Shown one piece after another: positions 12,001-24,621 of a stretch of 64,000 nt of DNA; position 1 is the stretch's first letter; each line of letters starts with the position of its first letter. A program made the position numbers and the translations under genes. The DNA comes from Macrostomum hystrix (taxonomy: Eukaryota; Animalia; Platyhelminthes), in NCBI GenBank assembly GCA_950097015.1, contig CATNEN010000038.1, positions 6,262,001 to 6,326,000 on the forward strand, read 5' to 3'. Under the pieces are notes generated by a model. It ran no database searches, was not told the origin of the DNA, and saw nothing but the letters and a program-made list of their open reading frames with translations.

Positions 12001-15000
12001 TATATTCCCAAGATGGGCCACTCTATGGCCAAAGTTATGGTCTGTTTAGCATGCCCAAAGATTCTATATTCCCAAGATGGGCCACTCTATGGCCAAAGCC
12101 CGGACAGCAAATCAGTGGGACGCACGCTAATTAAAAAAAAATTTGAGAAAGCCGACAACGCAGGCAGACAATTTTGAGTTCAGTCGACACGCATGTCTTC
12201 ACGCCGGAGAAGAATGGCGTGCGCGCGCAACTTCGGCGGCAACACAAACTTTAACTGTGCAGTCTCCATTTCAATGACGCCTATAGACTGCCGAAGGGAT
12301 AGTGAAACAGGCCTGGAGCCAAGCTAAAGAAGGGTGCAGTACCGTGACTCTCGACAATCTGAATTGCATCTGCTCCAGTGTAATCCGCCCTCCATCAGGC
12401 GAACATTAGCGCTGCGTAATTTATTCCGAAAAAACGCGTTGCGTCTACTGAACTTAGACTAATGTCAAATTTTTTAACAATAGCAGAGTCTATGGCCACT
12501 CCAGTGGTCGCGGGTGGCCCATCTTGGGAATATTGGGAATTTGGAATTGGGAAGCTTTGAGCAGGCCAGACAGACTAGCGCCCAGGGGACCCCCACCGAC
12601 CCACCCGTCGCCGTGACGCCGGCAGCCAGCAGGATGAGTCCGAAAGCGATCCAGTCCGGCCCGGTGTCCAAGAAGCTGACTGGCGGCAGCGGCATCCGGC
12701 TAACCGTGAAGTTGCTGATAGCCCGCCCAGTCAGTGCGTCCAGGGTGCTGCTGAACGACTTGGCAACGGAGGCCACGGCCAGCAGCAGGTCGGAGAGCAT
12801 CGTCCAGCCGATGACGAAGGCGGGCAGCTCGCCCATGGCGATGTAAGTGAATGTGTAGCAGCTGCCGGCGCGGGGAACCAGCGTGGAGAACTCAACGTAG
12901 CACAGGCCGGTGAACAAGCTGGCGATGGCGCACAGGGCGAAGCTGAGCACCGCCGCCGGGCCTGCGGTTGTGCGCGGCGAGTCCGGTGTGCATTTTGAGC
13001 TCATCCTTGCCTAATTTGCAAAGATTCCCGTGAGACAAGTCTTGGGTGTTTAAGCTCATGAAAGCCGAAGCACACTGCAGTGAGTGTACTCTGGCTGACG
13101 ATGAGAAAGTCAGGCCACATGTACACACCTGTGTGTCCTTTGCGCTCATGGTCAGCGGATAGGGCGATATTGCCTCCCCGCTGGCTGCAGGTCTACTATC
13201 GCCTAACTGTACCAGTGACTGCACAGCTGACAAGATTTGTTATCATAACTGAGAGCTGCATTCTCCCCCTCCATCACTGCACTCTCTCCTCCATCACTGC
13301 ACTCTCCCCTCCTTTACTGCACTCTCCCCTCCATCACTGCACTCTCCCCTCCATCACTGCACATTCTCCCCATCACTGCACTATCCCCTCCATCACTGCA
13401 CTATCCCCTCCATCACTGCACTCTCCCATCCATCACTGCACTCTCCCCTCCATCACTGCACTCTCCCCTCCATCACTGCACTCTCCCATCCATCACTGCA
13501 CTCTCCCCTCCTTTACTGCACTCTCCCCTTCATCACTGCACTCTCCCCTCCTTCACTGCACTCTCCCATCACTGCACTCTCCCCTCCTTTACTGCACTCT
13601 CCCCTCCTTTACTGCACTCTCCCCTCCATCACTGCACTCTCCCCTCCTTCACTGCACTCTCCCATCACTGCACTCTCCCCTCCTTTACTGCACTCTCCCC
13701 TCCTTTACTGCACTCTCCCCTCCATCACTGCACTCTCCCCTCCTTTACTGCACTCTCCCCCTCCTTTACTGCACTCTCCCCTCCATCACTGCACTCTCCC
13801 CTCCATCACTGCACTCTCCCCTCCTTTACTGCACTCTCCCCCTCCTTTACTGCACTCTCCCCTCCATCACTGCACTCTCCCCTCCTTTACTGCACTCTCC
13901 CCCTCCTTTACTGCACTCTCCCCCTCCTTTACTGCACTCTCCCCCTCCTTTACTGCACTCTCCCCTCCTTTACTGCACTCTCCCCTCCATCACTGCACTC
14001 TCCCCTCCATCACTGTACTCTCCCCTCCATCACTGCACTCTCCACTCCATCACTGCACTCTCCCCTCCTTTACTGCACTCTCCCCTCCATCACTGTACTC
14101 TCCCCTCCATCACTGCACTCTCCCCTCCATCACTGCACTCTCCCCTCCATCACTGCACTCTCCCCTCCTTTACTGCACTCTCCCCTCCATCACTGCACTC
14201 TCCCCTCCTTTACTGCACTCTCCCCTCCTTTACTGCACTCTCCCTTCCATCACTGTACTCTCCCCTCCATCACTTCACTCTCCCCCTCCATCACTTCACT
14301 CTCCCCACCTTCACTGCACTCTACCCTCCTTCACTGCACTCTCCCCCTCCTTTACTGCACTCTCCCCTCCTTCACTGCACTCTCCCCTCCTTTACTGCAC
14401 TCTCCCCCTCCTTTACTGCACTCTCCCCTTCATCACTGCACTCTCCCCTCCTTCACTGCACTCTCCCATCACTGCACTCTCCCCTCCTTTACTGCACTCT
14501 CCCCTCCTTCACTGCACTCTCCCCTCCATCACTGCACTCTCCCCTCCTTTACTGCACTCTCCCCTCCATCACTGCACTCTCCCCTCCTTTACTGCACTCT
14601 CCCCTCCTTTACTGCACTCTCCCTTCCATCACTGTACTCTCCCCTCCATCACTGCACTCTCCCCACCTTCACTGCACTCTACCCTCCTTCACTGCACTCT
14701 CCCCCTCCTTCACTGCACTCTCCCCTCCTTTACTGCACTCTCCCCTCCATCACTGCACTCTCCCCTCCTTTACTGCACTCTCCCCCTCCTTTACTGCACT
14801 CTCCCCCTCCTTTACTGCACTCTCCCCTTCATCACTGCACTCTCCCCTCCTTCACTGCACTCTCCCATCACTGCACTCTCCCCTCCTTTACTGCACTCTC
14901 CCCTCCATCACTGCACTCTCCCCTCCATCACTGCACTCTCCCCCTCCATCACTGCACTCTCCCCTCCCTCCGGTGCTCACCCGCCTGATCCTTGATGACG

Positions 15001-15173
15001 GTACCAACTAGCACGTAGATGCCGGCGCCGGCCATCTGGGCCACCCCGTAGAATACCAGGTCCCAGGTTGACAGGCAGCGCTTCAGCTGCGTCTCCATGG
15101 AGCTGGCCTCGGCCAGGCTCTTCCGCCGGAACAGGCTGACAGCCAGTCGGCGCATTGCTGCGCAGTACGGCAT
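9078..15173 (-). CDS. Cationic amino acid transporter (SLC7A1-4/CAT family, APC superfamily), 586 aa
   Basis: Exons 15173-14981, 12961-12605, 11768-11449, 10457-9713, 9223-9078. All introns GT-AG and phase-consistent; total 1761 nt. Motifs LKRCLSTWDLVFYGVAQMAGAGIYVLVG, AGPAAVLSF, LCYVEFSTLVPRAGSCYTF, FAPNGVGGV, AFSGFE, TWLRFLIW and IYGLYGFRHS. Confidence 0.93.
9305..9590 (-). repeat. Intronic minisatellite, inverted copy of the 8025-8720 family
   Basis: Plus strand reads (GGGGAGAGATGAGACAC)n. Lies in CAT intron 4. Confidence 0.95.
10789..11438 (+). repeat. Intronic minisatellite, 24-bp unit GCCTTAAACTCTGATGAACCCA(G/T)A
   Basis: About 27 near-identical copies in CAT intron 3, ending ~10 nt from the donor at 11448. 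Confidence 0.97.
11955..12100 (+). repeat. Short direct repeat, ~64-bp unit, ~2.3 copies
   Basis: CTATGGCC.AAGTTATGG.CTGTTT.AGCA.GCCCAAAGATTCTATATTCCCAAGATGGGCCACT occurs twice, plus a partial third copy. Confidence 0.8.
13020..13235 (+). mobile_element. SINE family B, body fragment
   Basis: Shares GTGTAC.CTG.CTGACGATGAGAAAGTCAGG...TGTACACACCTG...TTGCCTCC.CGCTGGCTGC.GGTCTA with the tRNA-headed copy at 58971-59260. Other fragments at ~29790-29870 and ~37905-37945 (-). Confidence 0.7.
13260..14966 (+). repeat. Intronic minisatellite, 20-bp unit CATCACTGCACTCTCCCCTC / CTTTACTGCACTCTCCCCTC
   Basis: About 85 copies filling most of CAT intron 1, ending ~14 nt from the donor at 14980. Explains ORF 13080-15011. 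Confidence 0.97.
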
Positions 15174-16233
15174 GTCGGCTTGAAATAGTCGAGCTTCTCA
15201 ATTCAGTACGTTAGCTGTTTAAGACGTCACCAGTTAGAAACTTATTAAACTGTTGCATTGCTGATTCCAGTGAATTAAGTCGAGTGGAGACTAAAATTTA
15301 TGCGTACCGCGCCATTGTTCAAGATTAGCAAGCCGTGAACTTGCGCGCGTGAGCATGTGCTCACGTTGATGAGGCGGTGCTGTTGCGAGTAGAGAGTTAG
15401 TTTGTCACATTATTTGAGCAGTCCTTTCTATCCCGAGCAGATAATAGAGCATAGTAGGGCACACAGACTGCTGGGGTACAGTGGTACTCTCTTGTGTTTG
15501 TTGAACCCTGATAAAACTATCCAAGCCGAGCATCTGAGGCCATACTGCAGAGTAGGAAATGCGTTGAATTCACAAAGCCAAAGTAGACAATAAACTGTTT
15601 TCCTACTTTCTGCCTGCCGACCAACAAATTGTAACTTCTGCAGCAGCACAGCAGCAGCAATAACAAAAACTAAAAAGATGTTTTACTTGTTTATTTATCA
15701 TCCAGGAAAATTTGTGAAACACAGGCAGCTGAGAGATTTCCTTCTGCATCTGGTACCAGCAGGTGGTTGCAAGGTAATGTAAAAAAACACTCGAGACCTG
15801 TTAAGCTATAGAATTGATTTCGAGATGGCTAGTGCGGGGTGGGGTCTGAGTAGGCGGCGCGATCAAGACAAAAAAGGAACTAAAAAATAAGTCTTTGTCA
15901 CTATAAAAGGTCAGCACAGAGACACGCAACTCATGCAAGAAGAACAGAAGCAACAAGACCTATCGTTGTGTTTCTGAGCACTTATAACTCAATCTAGAAT
16001 GCAAACAATGCGCCTGGGAGTTAGAGCTACTAGTTCAGTAGCGCATTATAACCCAAACAATAATTAAGTAAATGTTGCTGTTGTAGGACTGAAAATGAAA
16101 TATAACTGTGCCAACATGCTAAATATAGAGCTGAGCACAGCTGGGTTGCCGCTAATTTCATGCTTGAAAACCTATCAGTTCCACAGAAAACAATCGAGAC
16201 TTATATCGAGTGAGGATAACAATTCCTTCGTTG

Positions 16234-18054
16234 CTAAGGCCTCTCTCGCCTCGGATACGGGTTGTTGTAGTTTCCGCCGCCGCCGCCACCGCCACCGCGG
16301 TATCCGCCGCGGCCTCCGCCGCCGCCGCCGCGTCGATAACCGCCAGGTTTTTTCTCTTCAACGTTGACCTGGCCGCCCTTTACTGTTGGTGGCTAATTGA
16401 TGGACGATGGAGACAGGTAGGAGTGAGTGAGCTATGCAGCTACGGTCATGGTCACGCTTGCTTGGATACAATGCTCAGTTGACTGACCCTCCAATTTAGC
16501 TGATCAAGTTAATATTATACCAAAGCCTTTTAAAGTTTTAGAACATAATCTTAAGCCTGAACAGGCGCGGGAGCATTATCCCTAGCGACTATAAGAATCG
16601 GAGCATTGAAATATTTTCCAACAAAGCCTCTAAAATGTCTCACCTTCTCAACAGCCATCTTGACAGCGGCAGTGCTAGCAAAGGTGATGAAGCCAAAGTT
16701 GAGGACAACGCTGGCTCCCGGCCTGGGCTTGCCGTCGCTAATGCGGCAGCTGGTCACCTCGCCGCACTGACGGAAGGCGTCAGCCAGATCGGTTTCGGTT
16801 ACCTCTGGCAGCAGGTTGCCGACAAACACCTGCAGATTGTCCGGCGCGTCCCTGTCGCGATCGCCGCCGTTCGGGTGCGACGAAGCGGCTGCTACTTGAC
16901 GCTTGGGAGCCGCCTGCTTCAGCTGCTGCTGCTTTTGCTGCTGCGGCGGCTGCGAGGGAGGTAGCTGCTGCTGCTGGCCATTGCCAACTCCGCCGCCGCT
17001 AAACAGGGCGGCGAAATTGCGCTTGCCACCAGCTGGCGCCTGCTGCTGCTCTCTGTTCTGCTCCTCTTTGGCAGGCTTTGCTATGGCATCATCAGGCCTC
17101 TTATTCGGCTGCTCATCGGCCGCTTCCGTCTTGTTGTCAACCGGGGGCTGCTCAGCGTCCACCGCCTTGGCCTTCTCGACCGGAGGCGAGGAATCCCGCT
17201 CGGCCTCAACGGCGCTTTGCTCCACTTCGTCCACCTCCCTGCCGTTGCCATTGACAACAGGGACGCTGTGGTCCTCGACAGCGTCGACCGTAGACACGCT
17301 GTTAGCAGCGCCGACTTCGTCAATCAGAGGCCGCGGTGGCTGGGGCGCAGCGACGGCCGCGGCATCAGCATTAGCGGCTCCGTTGGCGTCAGTGACAACG
17401 CCTCCGTTGCCATGGCAGCCGGAGTCGGCATCGGTGAACACCTCGTCCTGGAAGCTGAAATTAAAAATCATGAGATCCAAGATTTCTAAAAACTACTTAA
17501 CAGTAGAAATCCCGCGGGGCTATTTAAATACCCAAAATGCGTGCGTGGATGCTCAGGGGTCAGCGAAAGGTTTAGACAAACGAAACCAACCGAAAGATGT
17601 CGTTCTGCACGAAGTATTTCTTAGGCCCAACCGGGGCGAGCAGGAAGGTCTGCATGAATCGGCGCATCGGGCCGGCATTGTTGCTGATCTCGCCGCAGAC
17701 CTGAATTAGCACACAGTCGGCCGGCGCGGGCAGCGAGTCCACCATGAGGATCTTGGTGCGACAGTCGGTCAGGCCCAGCTGTTCCACCCTGGCCGCAATG
17801 TCCACCTGCCCAATGGCCGGCAGTTGCGGCTCCTGGCCGGGCAACTCGCGACCACCGTGAATAAAATGCGAGCCAGTCGAATAGAAGCGGTGAAGATCTT
17901 TCGGGCATTTGTTTACACACGAGTAATAGATGTACACGAACTCGTGGCCAACGCTGCGGGCTTGGTCTAACAGCAGGCCGCCACCGCCAGCTGGCTTGGC
18001 CTGGGAATCAGCCTCGGCGGCTGCTGCGGACTGTCGGACTGCGGTTGCTGCTGC
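16234..18054 (-). CDS. G3BP: Ras GTPase-activating protein-binding protein (G3BP/Rasputin): NTF2-like, acidic/Q-rich linker, RRM, RGG tail
   Basis: Exons 18054-17591, 17454-16644, 16392-16234 (1434 nt, in frame). NTF2 motifs VGHEFVYIYY...DLHRFY...MRRFMQTFLLAP; splice junction gives NDIFR|FQDEVF; RRM QVFVGNL...NFGFITF; VNVEEKK followed by RGGGGGGRGGYRGG. No start codon in these exons (see findings); a candidate cis exon lies at 20567-20517. Confidence 0.93.
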
Positions 18055-20829
18055 CTGCAAATATAATTGGATTTTCATATGAATTTGAATTTGGAAATAA
18101 ATTAAATACATGTATCTACTATAATTTAAACTACTTAAATTTACACGGAAGTCCTTCCACTTCTAATGTTTTTTATGCATATGGCCACTTGGAAAATATA
18201 TAGCTGTCACTAAACGTGCAAAAAATACAAAATTGAAGAAAAATTACTCATCAGCATATGTTATGGAGCAAAGTAGGTCACATTACCAATTTTTTTTATG
18301 AATTATTAAATATACTAATTGGGCTAAAGCATATTGTGCATAAGTGAAGTGATGCATATATCAAGATATACCTTAAAGTATTTTTAAAATTCTCAGAGAT
18401 CACCCACATAATTTTATAGGAAGAGCTAGTCTATGCCTAAAGTATAATCTGGGTATTTGTGCAATTTCTGTGTGTGGCACACAAAAAGTGTTTGTCCTTG
18501 AGTTATTTTGAGAGAGAAGAGAAGAGATTAAAGTGAAAGAAAGAGAGCTGTAACCCTAGATCCACTGGTATGTCTAAGATGGACTAAAGAGTGATTTAAG
18601 ATTCACTTAAGAGAAACTAAAGATTTACAGAAATAAAGCGATTACAGAAATAACACACTAAGATATAAGGTGCAAATAATATAAATAGAAGGGATAAATA
18701 TCAGCCATATAAGTAATGCTAACATAGTGCATACAAAAAGCTATAGACTTGCATTTGAAACAGAAATACATAAAGTGTCCTAGGCCCTCTTTCTTACTTT
18801 TTTACTTTCTATCTGCAAAAACTGTATTTATTAAAAATTTAGCTATTCTTACTATTATTTATCTCTGCCTTCACTATATAATATGGTTATTCTATAGCTA
18901 TCTAACTCAGAATGATATTATTTTCTACCTATGATAGCAATTTTGTGTCCGAGCGGCAAGACACCTTGTAAACAATATTGCACTGATTTTAACCAACCCT
19001 ATTGAGCATCCAATGGATTAAAGTTGTCTAATTCAACACGAATATTATTATTATATCTAACCTTCCCTATTCAGAACGTTTTCCTTATATTATTCTAAAG
19101 CAATAATTAACACAAGAACAACTCCAATTTATTTCACTCAGTTTTCTCTTCTTAAGATCTATTTCCCTAGTCTCCTCTTTTGTATTTTGGGACAAAAACG
19201 TCAAGTCACTTTAGGCAAAAATTGCATGATATATATATTATTCTGGGTGGGCGTTTGTAAGCGCATTTAAACAACTAGAATTGTTTGCAAAATAATGTTG
19301 GACAAATTGGCGTAAATTCAACTTTAGGTTTTACGGTAATATTTCATGGGTCTGCCTCAAAAGTAAGTAATTAAAGACACTTAGAAGTTACAAGCTGGTG
19401 ACAAAATAACTGATGCAATCAATTTAAATGGACACTTCATGGCTCTTTTCTAGAGATACAAAAATTTGTTTATGGAATTTTTGTCAACTTGGTTGACAAA
19501 TGTTCCAACCCTCATTTCTGCAGTTGACAAATATTACAAATCTTCCACTGCCTGTTGACAAAAGTTCCATAGCCAGATTAAAGGCATCAGAGAACTGCCT
19601 TTGAGCACAATTTATTGTATACACTGTATTGCATATTCAACATGTGTTGCTGCCATTGTGCAGAAAAGCCTCCATATTTTCTCTGATGAATGTCACAAGA
19701 CAAGAATTAAGCAATCAAACAATTTCATCTTGACAATTCATTTGCTCTGACTTCGAATATTGCAATGAATAACAACATTTTTAGAAAATGTGCACTATAT
19801 GTGAAGCACTTGAGACAGTTATCACAATAAAAAAATTGTACTGCACAGGCATATATAGCATATCCTGGTAGGCCTACAAACACATTCTAATGAATGCTCA
19901 TGGTGCTGTCACATCTCCTGGCCAAGCACATGAAAGAGGGCCTTGCACAGATTGTCGCAGGAATTGTCAAAGCATGAATTCTTGAAATAGAAAATTCTAG
20001 GATCCAAAAAAGTGACTTTTGAAAAAAGGATGTCTTATTTATTTAACCAAGAGATCCACACAGTCTCACAAGAATTTCCAATCAAATGAAGCAATGTTTA
20101 GCAGTTATTTCAGTCTATAGACTTAAATATCAGTCAAACAGAACATAAAGATAAAGTATAGGCCTAGTGTGAAAAGGATAGGCCTAAAGAAAAACTATCA
20201 AGTAGCCTATTATGGATTTATGACTAGGCCTACCAATGATGCTAGATGATAAATAATAATGATAGGCAAAATTCAATGATAAATTAATAGGTAGGCCTAA
20301 TAGGTATATTTATTCTACCTACATTCCTACTAGGCGCTAATATGGACTTTTCTGTTTCAACTGCATGCTAGTTTTGAAGAGTGTAAACACAATTTGAGTG
20401 CAGTCCAGTGCACAATATTTAAACTTCGTTAGCATACATTTTTTGTGCAACGCACTCAACGGACTGCACTCAATTTGCTCAATAATATTTTGTTATAGTC
20501 TATTTAAAAAACTTACAACAGACAGCTCACTAGACAAAAAAAGCTTCCTTTGAGTCTGAACTTCCATAAATTAATATGTGAAAGTAAGTAAGAATTAGAA
20601 TATGAACTTATGAAGAACCATCTAGCAAAGACTTGTCCGCGTGTGTAAACTATATAAAATTCAGAATTTTTGCAAACCAAATTCGTGGGACGTTCTTTAA
20701 GAAAACAAAAGTCACATGACCTACAATCGACACAATCTCGGTGATTACTTAATACTTAAAGTTGCTTTTGAAATACAACTTCAATAATTCTTATTATAAA
20801 ATTAGATTGACATGAGCACAAGGTGTGAA

Positions 20830-20950
20830 AAATTTAGATACAAGTAACGTCGCTATTTTTTGTTTTCATTCTTCGTAAACAACGTGAATGCGTACTGCGT
20901 AGGCGTATCGACTTACGGCGTGCGTTATGCCTTTAGCGTAGATATTCTTA
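20830..20950. promoter_or_regulatory. Candidate bidirectional promoter between G3BP and FoxO
   Basis: A CpG-rich patch (AACGTGAATGCGTACTGCGTAGGCGTATCGACTTACGGCGTGCG) inside an otherwise AT-rich, CpG-poor 4.8-kb spacer between two divergent genes. Positional inference only. Confidence 0.4.
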
Positions 20951-21403
20951 ACCAATATGCCTCTAGTAGAATTTGTCTCAAGTTTTCAATGTAAAAGCCC
21001 TTATCATATTTGTATAAACCACTTACATATTATGCCATCGTCTCATTTTTATTACAAGTATTATTGTTTCCAAAGTAGGCCTAACCTCACTTCGGTAGGC
21101 CTTTTTAATAATTATTAGTCTCTTTAAACAGTCATATTCATAGATAAACATATGGTGCTCTTTGTTTTTTTCTAAATTTTCCTTATAATTCCAACACAAC
21201 ACACTTGTCACTTGACGCACACACAACACACTTGCAAATGTGTGCTGAGACCCTTTGTGTGCACAGGAATTTTCCCTCAGAGGCCACCTTCCTGACTGGC
21301 CTGACTAGCCTATGGCTAGTTCTAAGAATTATTCTGAGTATGATTCTTTGTATTTTATTAGCAATTAGTACAACACAAGTCTTAATATAGCTAGATTTTG
21401 AAA

Positions 21404-22064
21404 GGTAGAGATTATTCCCATGGTCCCGTGCCGATAATTTCAATTTTATCCACATGGATCCGTGCTGATAATTTTCTGCTTATCCACACGGCAGCTTGTA
21501 TGAATAGGTCTACAACTAAGAAAATTGTTCAGCAAAAGCATTGGGACATTGTTTTAACTCTCAAGAATTTAATGCCTAAGTCCAAAGGACACACAATTGT
21601 AAATTGTAAAAATTTGCAGAGGAAAGTGTGGAACTAGTTAACATACTTTCGTCGAGTTTCTGAAACCTTATTTTTGTACAGGAACAAGTCAGTAGTATCA
21701 TTTGCGCATGTGCATCATATCATATTTCAAGCGTGTGTGCAATACAAATGTCAGCGCGATTCTTCATGCGATTGTTTGCAACGTTACATGTTATTCGAAA
21801 TTAATGATTATTTGAAATTAATGTGTGCATTGCTTGTGATTAAAAGAGGCCCTACTACAGGTACTGCAGGTTCTGGAAAACATGTATGACCAGTTGTATA
21901 TAGTACATGAAAATTGCTACACAGTTCCTGTAAAATATGTGCTTTAAGTTCTTAAAGTTATCGGCAAAACAAGCTGCCGTGTGAATAAGGAGAAAATTAT
22001 CGGCACAGATCCATGTGGATAAAGTTTAAATTATCGGCACGGGACCGTGGGAATAAGCACTTCC
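21404..22064. mobile_element. Mutator-type (MULE) MITE
   Basis: About 95-bp imperfect TIRs (GGTAGAGATTATTCCCATGGTCCCGTGCCGATAATTT... and ...AAATTATCGGCACGGGACCGTGGGAATAAGCACTTCC). GG...CC termini. Exact 9-bp TSD ATTTTGAAA (21395-21403, 22065-22073). Confidence 0.9.
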
Positions 22065-22960
22065 ATTTTGAAATGTAAAACATATATTTTTTATACATAT
22101 TTTATTTTAAGCAGGAACAATTTTAGCAAGTAAGTTTAAAATAGATGTTATTATAAACTACAAACAATAGTTAGCAATTATACATATAAACAATTTTTGT
22201 TTTTCGGTTTTTCTGCCAAATGGTAGCAGTGAAACATGATTTACCTACAGTTTCCATTCTCTATTTTGCTGTTAACTTCTTTAAGTTGTATACTTTATAG
22301 CCTTGCTTAGGATTGTACTTGCTGCTATATGTAGTATGCAATAGTCAAGTTCTCTCATCCTGACCTAGTGAATATGTTATGGTCTGTGGTCATGACAGCA
22401 TGCAAAAGTGCGTTAGATGCCATTTGCAAATATTCCACTTATTGCAATAGAGGTTATTAGTATGAGAATATAAGAAAAATGAATAGCAGAAAAATTATAT
22501 ACATCTTTAGGTCCAGTGGACCATTTAAATCTCAGCCCTGGGCTTACAGGTTAGAGATTATTGATCAGAAAACATAGTGACTATATATGTCAACTTGATT
22601 GGGACCCTATACATGTATCAGGTTTTGATTCAATGCAGTTTGTTTGGTCCCATTGCATTCTTTTTAAAACCCCCTGGTTGTTTATTGCAGTTGTTTGTAG
22701 TGCTTACTCATATTGGCCTAGGCTTAGCTTTACATGCACCTATATCTCATAGCCATCCCATAGTTGCAAAGTGAAGGCTGTGCACACATTAGCTCTTTTA
22801 TTTAGAGTTTGAGTCACTGTTGGGTCCTTGAGTCCTCATTGCTTCCTTTTATCTAGCTCAGAAATAGTTTAATTGATTTTTTGCTGCAGCTAACACAGTA
22901 GCAAAGGCCCAGGTGTTGGCTGGGACAACCACGCAATCAAAACGCTGATTTAATTGATCC

Positions 22961-24621
22961 ATGGACTCATTGTGCAAACGGGAACCGGAATTTGGCAGCC
23001 TGGACAGCGAAGTCGACATGGACGACATGGGACTGCTAGACTGCCAGCCAGAGACTCGCTTCAGTGCAGCCGAGTCCTGCGTGGACTTTCGACCGCGCTC
23101 CTCTACCTGGCACGGGTCCAATGAAGCAACTCGGTTTAACGCCGCCTCAGTGGCGCCGCTGTCTGTTCACTGCCCGCAGTCGCCGTTTGCCAGCACCATC
23201 TCTGAGACCTTGGAGATGTTGCCGAATGCCGAAAGGTAGGCATTTTTCTGGCATCAGTAAATGATTACTGACCTCAATAATTTTACTATCCCCAGTTACT
23301 CTCATATGTTCTCCCCTTATCCTCAGTTACTCTCATATATTCTCCCATATCCCTCTGTTTCTTTCTTAAGTCCTTAATTATTCTCGTAGATTCTCCGTTA
23401 GTGTTCCATTGCGTACATATCTGAGTACATATTCCATTGACAAGACAGCTACTGCCTCATATTCTACTTTCTAGCAGCTCCGTGAGGCTCAGCCCGTATG
23501 TTTACCACAGCGGAGGCAGTGCTGCAGCTGCAGGCATCGGCAGTAGCAGCGCCAGCGCCCGCAGCTCCCTGAGTCCCTGCACAACCGACGGCACTCAGCA
23601 CAGGCAGCAGCATCACCAGTCGCAATCGCAGAAGCGCCGCAACGCCTGGGGCAATCAGAGCTACTCTGATCTCATCACTCAAGCCATTGAGTCGAGTCCA
23701 CAGGCTAGGCTAACCCTGTCCGAGATCTACGACTGGATGATTAAAAATATCAGCTACTTCAGCAGCAAAGGAGATACGAACAGTTCGGCCGGATGGAAGG
23801 TTTGTATATAATTATACACATAGTAGCTAGCTTAGTAGCTAATGTTAGTTCCAAGTCTTAGTCTCTCAGAGCTGATGTGTGAGCTCACGGAACCCACAGA
23901 ATTCGGTTCGGCACAATCTGTCGCTGCACAGCAAATTTGTCCGAGTTCAAAACGAGCAAACTGGCAAGTCGTCCTATTGGACCATAGACTACGGCGTGCG
24001 CGACCGCGCCAGCTATCGTCGCCGGGCAGCCACAGCCGACATTGCGAAAAGTCCGGAGCTGCTGAAAAAGCGCCAAGCAGCTGTGGCCGCCGCTGCTGCT
24101 GCCAACCCCGGTGGAAGGCGTCGGCAACTGAGCGATACCGCTGGACCAGCCAACACTGGCACCTCGTCTTTGTCTGTAGAGTCAGCCTCTCCGTCTGTGT
24201 CCATGCCACCGCAGGAATTGCAGGTCAATAAATTCAGTTATTTACTCAGCTATTCAAGATCCCAGTGATTACATTACTAATCTTCGATCAACACTCGCCG
24301 TCGCAGGTGGCCGATGTGCTTCATCAGCTCGTGCCGTCGGATCGCCTGCTAGACCAGAATGAACCATTAGACAAGCTGCTGATTGAGTCCCTCAATGATG
24401 CCCTATTAGAGAGCTTCTGCGGCATCGGCCCCGGCCAGGAATTCAGCAACGAGGACGCCGAGGCGGCTGTAGCCGCGGCTCTCAACGACCCATCGCTGCG
24501 TAGCATCACCGCTCAGCTGCACCAGATGACCTGCCGACACGAGCTGGCGACCTGTCCGCTGCCCAACATTCAGGAGAGCGACGGCGCCGAGGCCGAGACC
24601 GGCTCTGCTATGGACGAGTGA
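22961..24621 (+). CDS. FoxO: Forkhead box O transcription factor, 412 aa
   Basis: Exons 22961-23235, 23475-23799, 23900-24223, 24307-24621 (1239 nt). Akt site RPRSSTW; forkhead [20 protein letters not shown]...[11 protein letters not shown]|[19 protein letters not shown] with the conserved FoxO intron position; second Akt site RRRAAT. Confidence 0.95.

Noticed and set aside
13080-15011. 643-aa His/Pro/Leu-rich ORF
   Set aside because: It is the antisense reading of the 20-bp array in CAT intron 1.
15174-15700. G3BP-CAT operon resolved by trans-splicing
   Set aside because: The genes are tandem and close, with an acceptor at ~15215. However, a plausible cis donor (GTACGC, ~15307) and a CpG-rich promoter-like patch at ~15340-15400 explain it as a 5' UTR intron. 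It cannot be supported without reads.
17572-18111. ORF-track Met starts for G3BP (18111, 17480), CAT pieces, Wnt5 (27915, 30326) and FoxO (23437)
   Set aside because: These starts lie in intronic sequence upstream of clear splice acceptors.
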